Shown here: one piece after another, positions 1 through 10,163 of the stretch
Numbering within the stretch: position 1 is the first letter of the stretch
Layout of the letters: the number at the start of each line of letters is the position of its first letter
Assembly (NCBI GenBank): GCA_034086705.1
Contig: JAXDZV010000032.1
Coordinates: forward strand, 1,865 to 65,864
Direction: 5' to 3'
DNA from: Eubacteriales bacterium
GTDB taxonomy: Bacteria; Bacillota; Clostridia; Oscillospirales; CAG-272
DNA: 64,000 nt
Notes under the pieces: model-generated
The model's input: the letters and a program-made list of their open reading frames with translations, nothing else
Databases searched by the model: none
Told to the model about the DNA's origin: nothing
Position numbers and translations under genes: made by a program

Positions 1-281
1 AGCAGCATGCAAGGCGGATCACCTTGTCCCGCCCTTCCAAAGATATATAACGGATAAATGCGTCTGAATACAGCGCCGTAGTATTGTGCGTTCTCTAAGA
101 AAACCGTAAACCATTGCTGCGCCTTGGCATAAACCACATAATACCCAATCATGAACAGCAGCGAGAGAAATACGGTAATTAAGCTTTGCCTCTTCAGCTT
201 GCGCGAAATTCTTGCTACAACATATCCCAGCACACAGGAAAACGCTAGCACAAACAGGCTCAGCAAGATCCCCCATATCAC
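1..281 (-). CDS. Partial TM-rich ORF (probable permease partner or remnant of the decayed ABC locus), runs off the window start
   Basis: Hand translation of the minus strand, in a frame offset from track ORF 19..306, gives an uninterrupted hydrophobic peptide (V)IWGILLSLFVLAFSCVLGYVVARISRKLKRQSLITVFLSLLFMIGYYVVYAKAQQWF... from a GTG at 279-281 to base 1. Start codon and intactness are uncertain. Confidence 0.3.
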   Translation of the reverse strand, partial: MIWGILLSLFVLAFSCVLGYVVARISRKLKRQSLITVFLSLLFMIGYYVVYAKAQQWFTVFLENAQYYGAVFRRIYPLYIFGRAGQGDPPCML

Positions 282-826
282 CGGCCCGACAATGCGCCCG
301 CATCATTTCTTTGAGCGTATGGGCCGCCTTTGGGTCAAGACCGACAAAAGCTCATCCTCCATGACAATCAGCCGCGGTGCATGCAGCCACGCAGCAACAA
401 TTGCAAGTTTTTGCTTCATCCCATGCGAATAGGCAGCTATTGCCCGTGTCAAGTCCTTCGTTAGATCGAACTGCTGCGCATAAAGTTGTATCCGCTCGCG
501 GCGAGTAACATCATCTATTTGAAAAATATCCGCAATAAAATGCAAATATTGCGTGCCCGTCATATATTCATATAAATCCGGATTGTCCGGGATATAAGCA
601 AGCTGTCTTTTACATGCCAGCGGATCCTGTCGCAAAGCCTCGCCTGCGATCGTGATTTTGCCCTAGTCAAAATGCAAAATACCAACAACCGATTTCAGCG
701 TAGTCGTCTTTCCCGCACCTTTATGCCCGATAAAGCCATAGATCTCTCCCGGCGCAATATGTAACGAAAGATTATCTACCGCCTTTTTTTGCCATACTGC
801 TTTGTCAAGTGCTCAATATTCAGCAT
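282..826 (-). pseudogene. ABC transporter ATP-binding protein, multiply disrupted
   Basis: ATG at 824-826 gives [14 protein letters not shown], then an A7 run (784-790) shifts the frame. The corrected frame reads [39 protein letters not shown] (Walker A), then an in-frame TAG (663-665). Next come the signature-like YSHGMKQKLA and Walker B LIVMEDE, followed by a 1-nt frameshift near 345-352 (DEpFVGLDPKAAHTLKEMM recovered in another frame). No H-loop or C-terminal ABC sequence appears in any frame. Confidence 0.8.
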
Positions 827-2030
827 CTTTGCTTTCTCCCTTATTTATTGCATTTGTCTCTTCGCCGCATATCCCAGCCAAGCTCCCCATGAATGCATGC
901 GCCGCGGCATCTTGATACAACTGGCTGATGATTTGCTGTAAATATGCCCCGTGAGAAAAAGGGACATCACTTTGCCGCCCTGCTGCAACCGCATCCAAAA
1001 ATGCATACATCGCTCCTACATGCCCACGCAACCAGCCACTCGGTGCTGCACGCCCGGGGAATACACCGCCGGGCAGCGCATATCTACCGCCACAGGCAAT
1101 TTTTAAAAAGCCGCGCCTGCCCCCCAGAGTATCCCCGCCGGGCATACGGTTGTCATAATACGCAAGATAATCCAGTTCCATCAAGGAAAATCGCAGCGCC
1201 CCATCTGTCCCGTATATTTCAAATGTAAGCGCATCATCCTCACCGCAGGCAAGTTTGCTGGCCTCCAACGTTCCGACAGCGCCGCATTGCAGTGAAAGCG
1301 TTGCATAAAATGCCTCTTCCGCATTGGTTCGCCAAAGGCTGCCGTCCGCACATGTATGTTCGGGGCAGCCGATCTGTGCATTGCCGCGCACTGCAAACCG
1401 CCCTTGCGGTGTACGGGCAACCGGGCCGCATAAATATACACAAAGATCCAGCACATGAATCCCAAGATCCATCAAAGCACCGCCGCCGCAAATATCTCGA
1501 TTCTGCTTCCACCCCGGTACACGTCCCGGATCTACTGCACTCGCATGCCGATAACAAAAGCGAAATGAGAGAATTCTTCCCAATGCACCGGCATCGATAA
1601 GCTCTTTCGCACGCTGCACAGCACAAAGATACCGATTGTTAAACACAACCTGATGACATACGCCCGCTTGCTCGGACATTCGTGCCACCTGCTCCGCCTG
1701 CGTCGCTGTTGCACACAGTGGCTTTTCGCAATAAATATGTTTATGTGCTGCCAGCGCCCGCAACAGTGTTGCATAATGTGCGCAGTTTGGCGTGCACAAA
1801 TCGATCACATCCACCCCCGGATCCGCAAGCAGCTCCTCTTCCCGCAACACGGCTTTGCAGCCCAGAACGGCCGAGGCTTGATACGTTGTGTCCGGATGTG
1901 CCGTATGCACTGCAACAATTTCCGCCGTAAAGGGCAACGCCCTATAATAAAACGGCAATACCCGAACGGCATATGCATGTGTGCGCCCCATGGCACCGTA
2001 TCCGATCAAGCCAATCCGAATCGTTTGCAT
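813..2030 (-). CDS. Gfo/Idh/MocA family NAD(P)-dependent oxidoreductase
   Basis: Rossmann N-terminus MQTIRIGLIGYGAMGRTHAYA and an EKP motif (IYCEKPL). Start placed at the second Met, which has an AAGGAAA RBS. Confidence 0.8.
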   Translation of the reverse strand: MQTIRIGLIGYGAMGRTHAYAVRVLPFYYRALPFTAEIVAVHTAHPDTTYQASAVLGCKAVLREEELLADPGVDVIDLCTPNCAHYATLLRALAAHKHIYCEKPLCATATQAEQVARMSEQAGVCHQVVFNNRYLCAVQRAKELIDAGALGRILSFRFCYRHASAVDPGRVPGWKQNRDICGGGALMDLGIHVLDLCVYLCGPVARTPQGRFAVRGNAQIGCPEHTCADGSLWRTNAEEAFYATLSLQCGAVGTLEASKLACGEDDALTFEIYGTDGALRFSLMELDYLAYYDNRMPGGDTLGGRRGFLKIACGGRYALPGGVFPGRAAPSGWLRGHVGAMYAFLDAVAAGRQSDVPFSHGAYLQQIISQLYQDAAAHAFMGSLAGICGEETNAINKGESKDAEY

Positions 2031-2069
2031 TTCTTTTTCCTTTCCAGGGAACACATTCCGAGCCTCAGC

Positions 2070-3443
2070 TCACTTCCCAACACAAAACCGCTTGAAAATT
2101 GTATCCGTAATTTCCGTACTTACGCCACGTGCATCCACCTCGCATAGCGCTCCCAGCGCCTGCTCAAGATCCATACAAGCAATATCCTGCGGCTCGCCAC
2201 TTGCAAGCGCCACAACTGCCCGATCTGCCGCCGAAGCCGCTGCCTGCACAGCGGCGTATTGCCGCGCGTTGGATATTACACCGGCATCCGCCAAAAAGCC
2301 TTCCCGCAGATACAACCGTTCCAACCCCGTTCGCAGCACATCTACACCCGAGCCATCTGCCGCACAGATTTCATATTGCGCCGCAAATACCCCCTGCGGT
2401 AGCTCGAGCGGCATCTGTTGCCGCGCATCCCTCTTATTCAGCACCGCAACCGCCAATTTTCCACTCTCACGTACACGCGCAAGAACCGCCTCATCCTCTT
2501 CGTCTATCGGGCGGGACAGATCAAATACGCAAAGCAATAGCTCCGCCTGGTCGATTGCTCGCAGCGAACGCTCAACCCCCAAACGTTCGACAGGATCCTC
2601 CGTCTGCCGAATGCCCGCGGTATCACAAAGTCGCAGTAGCAGCTGCCCCACAACCGCGCTTTCCTGCAACACATCGCGCGTTGTTCCAGCCAATGGCGTC
2701 ACTATCGCACGATCGGTGCCGAGCAACGTGTTAAGCAACGTAGATTTTCCCGTATTCGGCTTGCCGACGATTGCAGTTGGAATACCCTGCACCACCGCAC
2801 GCCCCTGATGGTAACTGTCACACAATGTATGCAGCGCAGCCGCCGCATCCCTGCAAGCAACCTGTAGCTGCTGCGCGGTCAGCTCCGTCAAATCTTCATC
2901 CGGGTAATCGATATATGCATATGTAGATGCTAACAACATGCGCAGCTGCGCTGTCAACGCATCAAGCCGTGTAGACAACGCCCCGCGCGCTGTTGCAGAA
3001 CAGACGCGCACCTTTGCAAGGCTCTCCGCCTCAATTAAATCAATCATGGCTTCCGCCTGCGACAAAGGCAGTTTGCCGTTTTCGAAAGCCCGCCTTGAAA
3101 ACTCGCCTGCTTCCGCCTGTCGTGCCCCCTGTAAAAAGACACTCTCAAGCAGCAGCTGCTGTAACAATCTGCCGCCGTGGCAGGACAGCTCGACAGTATC
3201 CTCTCCGGTAAAGGAGTGCGGCGCAGCATAATAGACAGCGATCCCGTCGTCAATCACTTCTCCTTGCCGCAAAAACTCGCCGTATACCGCCAATCGGGCA
3301 TCTTTCGCCGTAAGCGGTTTTCCATTTTTACGGCGGAAAACATTACGGCACACCGTAAGCACATCCGCTCCGCTGAGACGGATTACGGCTATTCCACCAA
3401 CACCGGGCGGTGTGCAAACGGCTGCAATCACATCGTTTTTCAT
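2070..3443 (-). CDS. mnmE: tRNA modification GTPase MnmE (TrmE)
   Basis: 457 aa. G domain motifs GKPNTGKSTLLN, DTAGIR and NKRD; C-terminal CVGK tetrapeptide typical of MnmE. Confidence 0.92.
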   Translation of the reverse strand: MKNDVIAAVCTPPGVGGIAVIRLSGADVLTVCRNVFRRKNGKPLTAKDARLAVYGEFLRQGEVIDDGIAVYYAAPHSFTGEDTVELSCHGGRLLQQLLLESVFLQGARQAEAGEFSRRAFENGKLPLSQAEAMIDLIEAESLAKVRVCSATARGALSTRLDALTAQLRMLLASTYAYIDYPDEDLTELTAQQLQVACRDAAAALHTLCDSYHQGRAVVQGIPTAIVGKPNTGKSTLLNTLLGTDRAIVTPLAGTTRDVLQESAVVGQLLLRLCDTAGIRQTEDPVERLGVERSLRAIDQAELLLCVFDLSRPIDEEDEAVLARVRESGKLAVAVLNKRDARQQMPLELPQGVFAAQYEICAADGSGVDVLRTGLERLYLREGFLADAGVISNARQYAAVQAAASAADRAVVALASGEPQDIACMDLEQALGALCEVDARGVSTEITDTIFKRFCVGK

Positions 3444-3474
3444 GCTTTCTCCCCTATACTACGCGTATTGCTCA

Positions 3475-3506
3475 CAAAAAAAGGAGCCGCAGTTGCAGCT
3501 CCTTTC
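3475..3506 (-). terminator. Intrinsic terminator after rplA
   Basis: Minus strand reads AAAGGAGCtgcaactgcgGCTCCTTTTTTTGTG immediately after the rplA stop. Confidence 0.6.
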
Positions 3507-3510
3507 CGTT

Positions 3511-4203
3511 TTAACCAAGTTTTGCGTAGTTAACCTTAATGCCAGGGCCCATGGTTGTTGCCAAAACACAGCTCTTGATATACTGACCCTTGGCAGCAGC
3601 CGGCTTCGCCTTGATCACAGCGCCGACAAGCGTATTGAAATTGTCGGTCAATTTTTCCGTACCGAAAGAAGCCTTCCCAATGGGGCAGTGGATAATGTTG
3701 GTTTTGTCCAAACGATACTCAATCTTACCGGCTTTCGCCTCGTGAACCGCTCTGGCAACATCCGGCGTTACCGTCCCAGCCTTCGGATTCGGCATCAAGC
3801 CCTTCGGGCCGAGCACCTTACCAAGCCTACCAATGACGCCCATCATGTCGGGAGAAGCAATTACAACATCAAACTCAAACCAGTTTTCTTTTGTAATTTT
3901 TTCCACCATATCCTCAGCGCCTACATAATCTGCGCCTGCTTCCTTGGCGGCATCTGCCTTTTCGCCTCTTGCAAAAACAAGTGTACGAACCGTTTTGCCG
4001 GTACCGTGCGGCAATACAACCGCGCCTCGTACCTGTTGATCGGCGTGGCGGGAATCCACACCCAGACGAATATGAATTTCTACTGTTTCATCAAACTTTG
4101 CTTTCGCCGTTTGGCAAACCAAAGCAATTGCCTCTGCGCTATCATACAATTTTGCTTTATCATACAGCTTCGCGCTGTCGGTATATTTCTTTCCCTTAAA
4201 CAT
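3511..4203 (-). CDS. rplA: 50S ribosomal protein L1
   Basis: 230 aa, ...[34 protein letters not shown]..., directly downstream of rplK. Confidence 0.95.
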   Translation of the reverse strand: MFKGKKYTDSAKLYDKAKLYDSAEAIALVCQTAKAKFDETVEIHIRLGVDSRHADQQVRGAVVLPHGTGKTVRTLVFARGEKADAAKEAGADYVGAEDMVEKITKENWFEFDVVIASPDMMGVIGRLGKVLGPKGLMPNPKAGTVTPDVARAVHEAKAGKIEYRLDKTNIIHCPIGKASFGTEKLTDNFNTLVGAVIKAKPAAAKGQYIKSCVLATTMGPGIKVNYAKLG

Positions 4204-4220
4204 CTGTGCCTACCTCCCGC

Positions 4221-4646
4221 TTACTCTTCAACCGTGATGCCCATCGAACGGGCGGTTCCGGCGATCATACTCATTGCAGCCTCAATGCTCGCTGCGTTGA
4301 GGTCAGGCATTTTGGTCTGCGCAATCTTACGGCAGTCTTCTTTGGAAAGCTGTGCAACCTTAACCTTGTTCGGCGTTGCAGAAGCACTCTCTAAGCCGCA
4401 TGCCTTCTTAATGAGCACGGGCGCGGGCGGCGTTTTTGTGATAAAGGAGAAAGAACGATCGGCATACACCGTGATAACAACGGGAATGATCAAGCCGATA
4501 TCATTTTTCGTACGTTCGTTAAAATCCTTGGTAAATGCGGAAATATTGACGCCATACTGCCCCAGCGCCGGACCCACCGGCGGCTGCGGCGTTGCCTTCC
4601 CTGCGGGAAGCTGTAGTTTTACGTAGCCCTGAATCTTCTTTGCCAT
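4221..4646 (-). CDS. rplK: 50S ribosomal protein L11
   Basis: [46 protein letters not shown]. Start at the internal Met preceded by a GGAGGT RBS; the upstream extension in the track is rejected. Confidence 0.95.
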   Translation of the reverse strand: MAKKIQGYVKLQLPAGKATPQPPVGPALGQYGVNISAFTKDFNERTKNDIGLIIPVVITVYADRSFSFITKTPPAPVLIKKACGLESASATPNKVKVAQLSKEDCRKIAQTKMPDLNAASIEAAMSMIAGTARSMGITVEE

Positions 4647-4722
4647 GTTTTTACACCTCCAAATGTGGTACTTCATCGGGAAGCCGCTTCTTTTTTTGCT
4701 TCCCTCCCACGTTTTGCAGAGA

Positions 4723-5271
4723 TCAGCCCTCTGCCAGCCGCTTCACGTCTGCAACGCTCAGCTCAATGGACGTATCGCGCCCAAACATGGACGCTTTAAC
4801 CGTAACCGTGCGATTGTCTTGCGAGATTTGCTCCACAATTCCGGTGCTGCCTGCAAGCAGCCCGCCGCAAATCTGCACTGTATCGCCGGGCGCAAAGCCC
4901 AGCTTGACAACCGACGGCTTTGACGTACCTTCACTCCCGATTCCCAATGCAACCACTTCTTCGTCGCTCAGCGGAACCGGTCGAGAACCCGGCCCGACAA
5001 AGCCCGTCACACCTCGCACATTGCGCACGATGTGCCACGTCTCATCCGTCATCACCATGTGCACCAGCACATAACTGGGGAATACCTTGCTTTCCACTTC
5101 CCGAGACACTTCGCCGTCAATCTGGGTAACAAGCTCTGTCGGAATCAGAGTCTCCAAAATCTGCGCACCCATGCCGCGGTTTTCTACAATCTTCTCCAGA
5201 TTCGTCTTTACTTTGTTTTCATAGCCCGAATAGGTATGCACGACATACCACTTCGCCGCAAGCTCCTCCAT
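4723..5271 (-). CDS. nusG: Transcription termination/antitermination factor NusG
   Basis: [19 protein letters not shown] domain and a C-terminal KOW ([21 protein letters not shown]); conserved secE-nusG-rplK order. Confidence 0.93.
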   Translation of the reverse strand: MEELAAKWYVVHTYSGYENKVKTNLEKIVENRGMGAQILETLIPTELVTQIDGEVSREVESKVFPSYVLVHMVMTDETWHIVRNVRGVTGFVGPGSRPVPLSDEEVVALGIGSEGTSKPSVVKLGFAPGDTVQICGGLLAGSTGIVEQISQDNRTVTVKASMFGRDTSIELSVADVKRLAEG

Positions 5272-5286
5272 GCTGCCCCCTCCGGG

Positions 5287-5511
5287 TCACATCAGGTTTG
5301 CAAGCGCCGTAAGCCCCTTGGAAAAGCCCAAATCCAACAGCGCTATAACAACCGTGCTGATTACCAGCACAACCAGAACCAATGCCGTGTTTTTGACAGT
5401 TTGGGGAAATGCGGGCCAGACAACCTTTTTGAATTCGCTTTTGAATTCACGAAGCAACTTGCCGATTTTGGCAAACAAACCGGGTTTCTTCGCCTTTTTC
5501 TCTTCAGCCAT
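5287..5511 (-). CDS. secE: Preprotein translocase subunit SecE
   Basis: 74 aa, basic N-terminus, FKSEFKKVVWP motif, single C-terminal TM; sits between rpmG and nusG. Confidence 0.85.
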   Translation of the reverse strand: MAEEKKAKKPGLFAKIGKLLREFKSEFKKVVWPAFPQTVKNTALVLVVLVISTVVIALLDLGFSKGLTALANLM

Positions 5512-5525
5512 CTCTTCCTCCGTCC

Positions 5526-5675
5526 TTACTTCGTTTCCTTATGCAAGGTATGCTTGCGGCAGAAACGGCAGTACTTGTTCAGCTCCAGTCTGTCCGGATC
5601 ATTTTTCTTGTTCTTCATTGTGTCATAATTTCTTTGCTTGCACTCGCTGCACGCCAAAGTGATCTTTACTCGCAT
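5526..5675 (-). CDS. rpmG: 50S ribosomal protein L33
   Basis: Not in the ORF track (49 aa). Hand translation: [49 protein letters not shown], with CxxC...CxxC zinc ribbon, an AGGAGG RBS upstream and the canonical position before secE. Confidence 0.9.
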   Translation of the reverse strand: MRVKITLACSECKQRNYDTMKNKKNDPDRLELNKYCRFCRKHTLHKETK

Positions 5676-5840
5676 TTGTTAGGCACCTCCTGTTAAAACT
5701 TCCCCCACGGCTTTTCCGAATAACCGGGGGCTGTACCTCCCTCGGCGGAACCGCTTGTCCCGCCAACGACGACATGCCGTTTAAAAAGGGGCGGCCCTTT
5801 TTGGGCACGACAAAAAAAGCCCTTTTGTAGAGGTGCGCCC

Positions 5841-5870
5841 ATTTTACCACGAATCCGGCAGCTTTGTCAA
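5841..5870 (-). promoter_or_regulatory. Sigma-A-type promoter of the rpmG-secE-nusG-rplKA operon
   Basis: Minus strand TTGACA - 18 nt - (TGg)TAAAAT, about 160 nt upstream of rpmG. Confidence 0.55.
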
Positions 5871-6011
5871 CCCTTTTTTCGCTTTTTCTTTGGAAAAGCC
5901 TACTTGCATTCGGCCGCATGGTATGGTATACTGCACTGTGTCAAGCTTGATATGCCGCGGGATACATACCGCAAGCATCCGCCCCGGTTGCCGTTGAACA
6001 TCGCGATGCCG

Positions 6012-6977
6012 TTATGGCGCCTCGAGAAAAGAGAAAATCATTGTATAATACCGCACCAGCTCCTCCCGGGATGCCGTAAAAAGGCCGTGCTTTCCGTCGG
6101 GAATCAATACAAAGCGGCAGGCTTGCGCATGTCGTGCAAACCGGCGCTGCGGGCCACGCTTCACCACGCGGTCATTCGTTCCGCTGAGCAAAAGCATAGG
6201 CACCCGAATCTGCGGTGCAACACGATAGACCAACTTGTGCTCTAAGGATATTGCTTCGTAAGTCCAGCCAACGGTGCCGGTAGAGGTTTGACAGCATTCG
6301 TTGCTCAGACGGCAGCGCATATTTGCCGCAAAACGCGCAGGGCTATTGTCGCTACTATGTGCAAAGCTGGCACGCGGATTAAAGTGGCCGGCATGTGAAA
6401 ACGGTTTCTCAAAGCCTTGCTTACGCCCCAGCTGTCGTAGCCGCAACAACACAGCGGACCGCGGAATATTCGAGGTGCGCGGTGCAATCATCGGCGCAGA
6501 TAAAATGGCGCGGCGCACCGGACAATCCGATTCGCTCAGAAAAAGCGCCGCCACCGCCCCGCCCATAGAATGTGAAAACAAGTCAATCTGCACATACTGT
6601 CGCGGCAGAATCATTTGCACTGTAAAAGCACGTACATCCGCCACATACTCGGAAAAACGCGCTACATGCACTACCTGCAGATCCGCTACAGCACGTTCGG
6701 AACGGCCGTGCCCCCGTTGCTCATACAGATATACATCGTAGCCGGCACGGAAAAAGCAGCCAACCATTTCCGTATATTTTTCGGCAAACTCCGTAAAGCC
6801 ATGTACCAGCAGCACTGCTTTGTCGTGTCCCGGGGCGCGGTACGCTTCATAGTAAAGCCGCGCGCCGTCCGGTGCATGAAAATATCCGTGTTGTGCATAT
6901 GGCTTAAGCACTTCTTTCAGCAAAGCAAGTGCTTTGTCATACCCCTGCTCAGGCAAAACCCAGCTCGGTTGGAACAT
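6012..6977 (-). CDS. Alpha/beta hydrolase (lysophospholipase / monoacylglycerol-lipase-like)
   Basis: Nucleophile elbow FSHSMGG, then NDRVV Asp and DGKHGLF His. Start moved to Met106 of the track ORF (MFQPSWVL...); the upstream extension is R/A-rich junk. Confidence 0.8.
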   Translation of the reverse strand: MFQPSWVLPEQGYDKALALLKEVLKPYAQHGYFHAPDGARLYYEAYRAPGHDKAVLLVHGFTEFAEKYTEMVGCFFRAGYDVYLYEQRGHGRSERAVADLQVVHVARFSEYVADVRAFTVQMILPRQYVQIDLFSHSMGGAVAALFLSESDCPVRRAILSAPMIAPRTSNIPRSAVLLRLRQLGRKQGFEKPFSHAGHFNPRASFAHSSDNSPARFAANMRCRLSNECCQTSTGTVGWTYEAISLEHKLVYRVAPQIRVPMLLLSGTNDRVVKRGPQRRFARHAQACRFVLIPDGKHGLFTASREELVRYYTMIFSFLEAP

Positions 6978-7029
6978 ACTGTTTTTCTCCTTCTTCCCGC
7001 ACAGGCAGGCATATTTTTCTTGGAAAGCG

Positions 7030-7929
7030 GTGATACTGTTGATACAAGCGAACCGAAAAAAGGCTGGTATTATTATTCTCGCCGCTGTTCTTCTTTTACT
7101 GTCAAGCGATTTTTTTGCAACCACCGCCATTTGCGATGCCTTTTTTGCCCGTACCATTTGGGATGCCGTCCCTGCAGATTGCACAGCCCTTTGCTTTCCC
7201 GGCGGGGAAGCTACGCTGCAGGGATACCTTTTTCGCCCCGCAGGGCAAAGCGCGGCGCTGGTTGTACTCGCACCGGGCCTTGGGTCTTGCATTGAAGCGT
7301 ACCTGGGCTGCGTGCGTTTTTTAACCCAAAACGGCTATACCGTGTTCTATTTTGATCCAACCGGCAGCGGAAAGAGCGGCGGAAACAGTGCCCTTGGGTA
7401 CGGGCAAATTGTGCAAGACCTACAGTACACACTCTGTTTTGTGCGGGAACAGGCCTACTTTGACAACGACCGCATGCTGCTGCTTGGGCACAGCCGCGGC
7501 GGATTTGCCGTATGCTGTGCAGCCAATGAACCGGATGTCAGTGGGGTTGTAGCGGTCGGCGCGCACAATAGCTGCATGGATGCGATTCTCGCAGCCTCCA
7601 CGCAGCATGTTGGCATGTTTGCCTATTGCAATTACCCCATGCTTTGGCTTGTGCAGGCAATGCGTACGGGCGTGTCATCTGTGCGCCTGCGTGCAGACCG
7701 GGTGCTTGCACAAAGCAACACGCCGACCCTGATTTTTCAGGGCAGATGTGACCGCGCCGCGCCACCGGATGCCTACTCTGTCTATGCATATCGTGATAAC
7801 AGCTTTCCTGCTTCCGTTCAATTTTTCCTATATGACGCTGCAGACAGCTCGCATTCTGCTATGCTGCAAGAAGATGCCCCCGCGCTGCAACAAATTCTTT
7901 CATTTCTCAATACAGTATTGGGGCAATAA
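7030..7929 (+). CDS. Alpha/beta hydrolase with N-terminal membrane anchor
   Basis: Anchor KKAGIIILAAVLLLLSS; elbow LLGHSRGG; later CDRAAP and SSHSAM. The ATG at 6934 would overlap the divergent gene, so GTG at 7030 is proposed; the start is uncertain. Confidence 0.7.
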   Translation: MILLIQANRKKAGIIILAAVLLLLSSDFFATTAICDAFFARTIWDAVPADCTALCFPGGEATLQGYLFRPAGQSAALVVLAPGLGSCIEAYLGCVRFLTQNGYTVFYFDPTGSGKSGGNSALGYGQIVQDLQYTLCFVREQAYFDNDRMLLLGHSRGGFAVCCAANEPDVSGVVAVGAHNSCMDAILAASTQHVGMFAYCNYPMLWLVQAMRTGVSSVRLRADRVLAQSNTPTLIFQGRCDRAAPPDAYSVYAYRDNSFPASVQFFLYDAADSSHSAMLQEDAPALQQILSFLNTVLGQ

Positions 7930-8020
7930 TCTCGCTCATCCCTTGTATTTTTTCATTATACTCTGCGCAAATCGCAAAAGCAACCGACAAATTTAAGGAA
8001 AAGGACCGGGTTTTATTTTT

Positions 8021-9064
8021 ATGGAAATTGTGTTAATCCCTGCACTGCAACCTGACGAAAAGCTGCTTACCCTTTTAGAGGCACTACAGGCACAAAAGCT
8101 GCAAGCCGTCGTCATAGACGATGGCAGCGGCGACGCTTATGACGAAATATTTCAAGCAGCGGAACAATACGGTGCCGTTGTGCGCCGTTTGGCACACAAT
8201 CGCGGCAAAGGCGGTGCGCTCAAATACGGGCTGCAACAAATTATGCAACTTTTTCCTGCATGCAGCGGCGTCATCACCGCAGATGCAGACGGGCAACATC
8301 GCATCAACGACATCCGCGCTGTTCAACAAGAATTGCAACGGGGAGCGGCTTTCGTTCTTACTGTGCGGAATCTGCGCGGCAAAATCCCCAAAAAATCAAA
8401 ACTCGGAAACACCCTCTCTCGCTATGTTTATACCATGTTCACCGGGCATTACTTTGCCGACAATCAATCCGGCCTGCGCGGTTTTTCCGCAGAGCAATTC
8501 AACTGGCTGCTTTTGGTCCCCGGCGAAAAATATGACTACGAATTGAATATGCTCTGCTATGCTGACAAGCAGGCTGTTCCAATTACCACCATTTCCATCG
8601 AAGCTATATACATAGACGGAAACCGTTCTACCCATTTTGATGCGCTGCGCGACACCTTTCGCATTTATCGGCTGCTGCTGCGCTCGGTATGGGCCTCCTT
8701 CGCCGGCGTTTTGCTAACGGAGGTCCTGGTTTTTCTGTTTTCCGTTTGGCTGGGCTATCGCTTTGTGCTGTGTACCGTCTTTACGGCAGTTTTGCTTTCT
8801 GCTTTGGTTACCATTTTGCTCAATCGTTATGTTGTTTTCCGCGCCGTTCCATACCGAGACGGCAGACGGCTGTTTGTTCACGCCTTTTGCCGAGGCCTGC
8901 TTTACACCGTCGGATGTCTGGCAGTCGGATATTATTTTCCGAATATCCCGCTGTTTTGGTCTTTCAACCTTTTTGCATTGCTGTGCATTCCTTTAGAATA
9001 CCTGCTGCATCGCGCACAGCATACAGGGCGGTATCGAGATGTCAATAAAGAAAAAATCTCCTAA
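8021..9064 (+). CDS. Bifunctional glycosyltransferase family 2 / GtrA-like membrane protein
   Basis: N-terminal GT-A fold (IPALQPDEKLL...VIDDGSGD...ADADGQH) and a C-terminal ~120 aa with four hydrophobic helices (GtrA-like). Confidence 0.75.
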   Translation: MEIVLIPALQPDEKLLTLLEALQAQKLQAVVIDDGSGDAYDEIFQAAEQYGAVVRRLAHNRGKGGALKYGLQQIMQLFPACSGVITADADGQHRINDIRAVQQELQRGAAFVLTVRNLRGKIPKKSKLGNTLSRYVYTMFTGHYFADNQSGLRGFSAEQFNWLLLVPGEKYDYELNMLCYADKQAVPITTISIEAIYIDGNRSTHFDALRDTFRIYRLLLRSVWASFAGVLLTEVLVFLFSVWLGYRFVLCTVFTAVLLSALVTILLNRYVVFRAVPYRDGRRLFVHAFCRGLLYTVGCLAVGYYFPNIPLFWSFNLFALLCIPLEYLLHRAQHTGRYRDVNKEKIS

Positions 9065-9114
9065 AATATACGAAGAGGCGTCCACCCGGGAACCCCCGCG
9101 GCGGGCGCCATTTT

Positions 9115-10065
9115 TCACAAACTGCGAAGCAGCTGCGCAGTGCAGGCGCAAACTGTTTGTGCCTGTGCACATCCGTGCATTTTGATCACCGGCTTTACCG
9201 TGCCTAAAAATGCAGCGCCCCCCCGCAAATTCAATTCATACAGTTCTGCCAGGCGCGCAAGAGTTTTTGCTTGGGCCGTCTGTGGGATTGGCAACATACG
9301 CACAGCCTCCATCGCGGCCAGGCCCGCCGCCTCATGTGCCTTCAGCAAAAGATTACCTGCATAGCCGTCACATACAATAACGTCTGCCACGCCGCTGCAC
9401 AAATCGCATCCTTCCACACAACCGATAAACCGGCCGCCCCGCGGGAACTCCAGAGCTTCCAAAGCTGCATATGCCTGCCGTACGCTTTGTGTTCCCTTGG
9501 TGCTCTCTCTCCCTACAGAAAGCACCCCAACGCGAATCTCTGTCCGATGCGGCATCAGCCGAGCGGCATACGCTGCACCCAGCAGTGCAAATTGCTCGTA
9601 TTCCCGCGTGCCGGGTGCCAAATTTGCACCGCAATCCAGCAAAATGACTCGATCTCCCTGCACCGTCGGTATAGCACTTGCAAGTGCGGGCGTTCGCAAT
9701 GGCGGAACCAGCCCCAAGCGGAAAATTGAACCAACCAGCAACGCACCGGTATTACCCGCACTGAGCAGCCCTACCGCCTCCTGCCGCGTGCGCAAGGCAT
9801 CCAGTGCCAACGCCATGGAAGTATCGCCAGCCTCATGCAAAATTGAGTCAGGTGCGTCGCCGGGGGCAATCTGCCGCTCTGCAGGCAAAAGCTCTACTCG
9901 GTTTGCATCCAAAAGGCCGCTTTGTAACGCCTGCTGCACTGCTTCTCCCTGCCCAACCAGTAAAAAAGAGAGATCTGCCTCTGCCTGCAGCGCCATCGAC
10001 GCACCTTGCACCAGTTCCCATGCGCCGTTGTCTGCGCCGCCTAAATCCAGAACAATTTGTCTCAT
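9115..10065 (-). CDS. plsX: Phosphate acyltransferase PlsX
   Basis: MRQIVLDLGGADNG..., SAGNTGA, LLDCGAN, CDGYAGNLLLK, IKMHGCA. Start at Met12 of the track ORF. Confidence 0.88.
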   Translation of the reverse strand: MRQIVLDLGGADNGAWELVQGASMALQAEADLSFLLVGQGEAVQQALQSGLLDANRVELLPAERQIAPGDAPDSILHEAGDTSMALALDALRTRQEAVGLLSAGNTGALLVGSIFRLGLVPPLRTPALASAIPTVQGDRVILLDCGANLAPGTREYEQFALLGAAYAARLMPHRTEIRVGVLSVGRESTKGTQSVRQAYAALEALEFPRGGRFIGCVEGCDLCSGVADVIVCDGYAGNLLLKAHEAAGLAAMEAVRMLPIPQTAQAKTLARLAELYELNLRGGAAFLGTVKPVIKMHGCAQAQTVCACTAQLLRSL

Positions 10066-10163
10066 TTTCGCCTCCGTTTCTGCTGCATCACCACACACCG
10101 TATCACCGCTTCCGCCACGCCGTGGGGGTGCAGTTGACTTTTGTCACAATTCTCGCTGTAGCA

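Noticed and set aside
1981-2808. 275-aa plus-strand ORF (and 2129..2734) overlapping mnmE
   Set aside because: Antisense to a gene with clear MnmE motifs. The translation is Ser/Ala/Arg/Pro-rich low complexity, typical of open antisense frames in GC-rich DNA.
3412-4626. 404-aa plus-strand ORF spanning rplA and rplK
   Set aside because: Antisense to two unmistakable ribosomal protein genes. It crosses their intergenic region and has Cys/Phe/Arg-rich composition with no motifs.
6934-7029. ATG at 6934 as the start of the second alpha/beta hydrolase
   Set aside because: It would overlap the divergent hydrolase gene by 44 nt and add an implausible N-terminus (MSYPCSGKTQLGWNILFF...). An in-frame GTG at 7030 directly precedes the membrane anchor.
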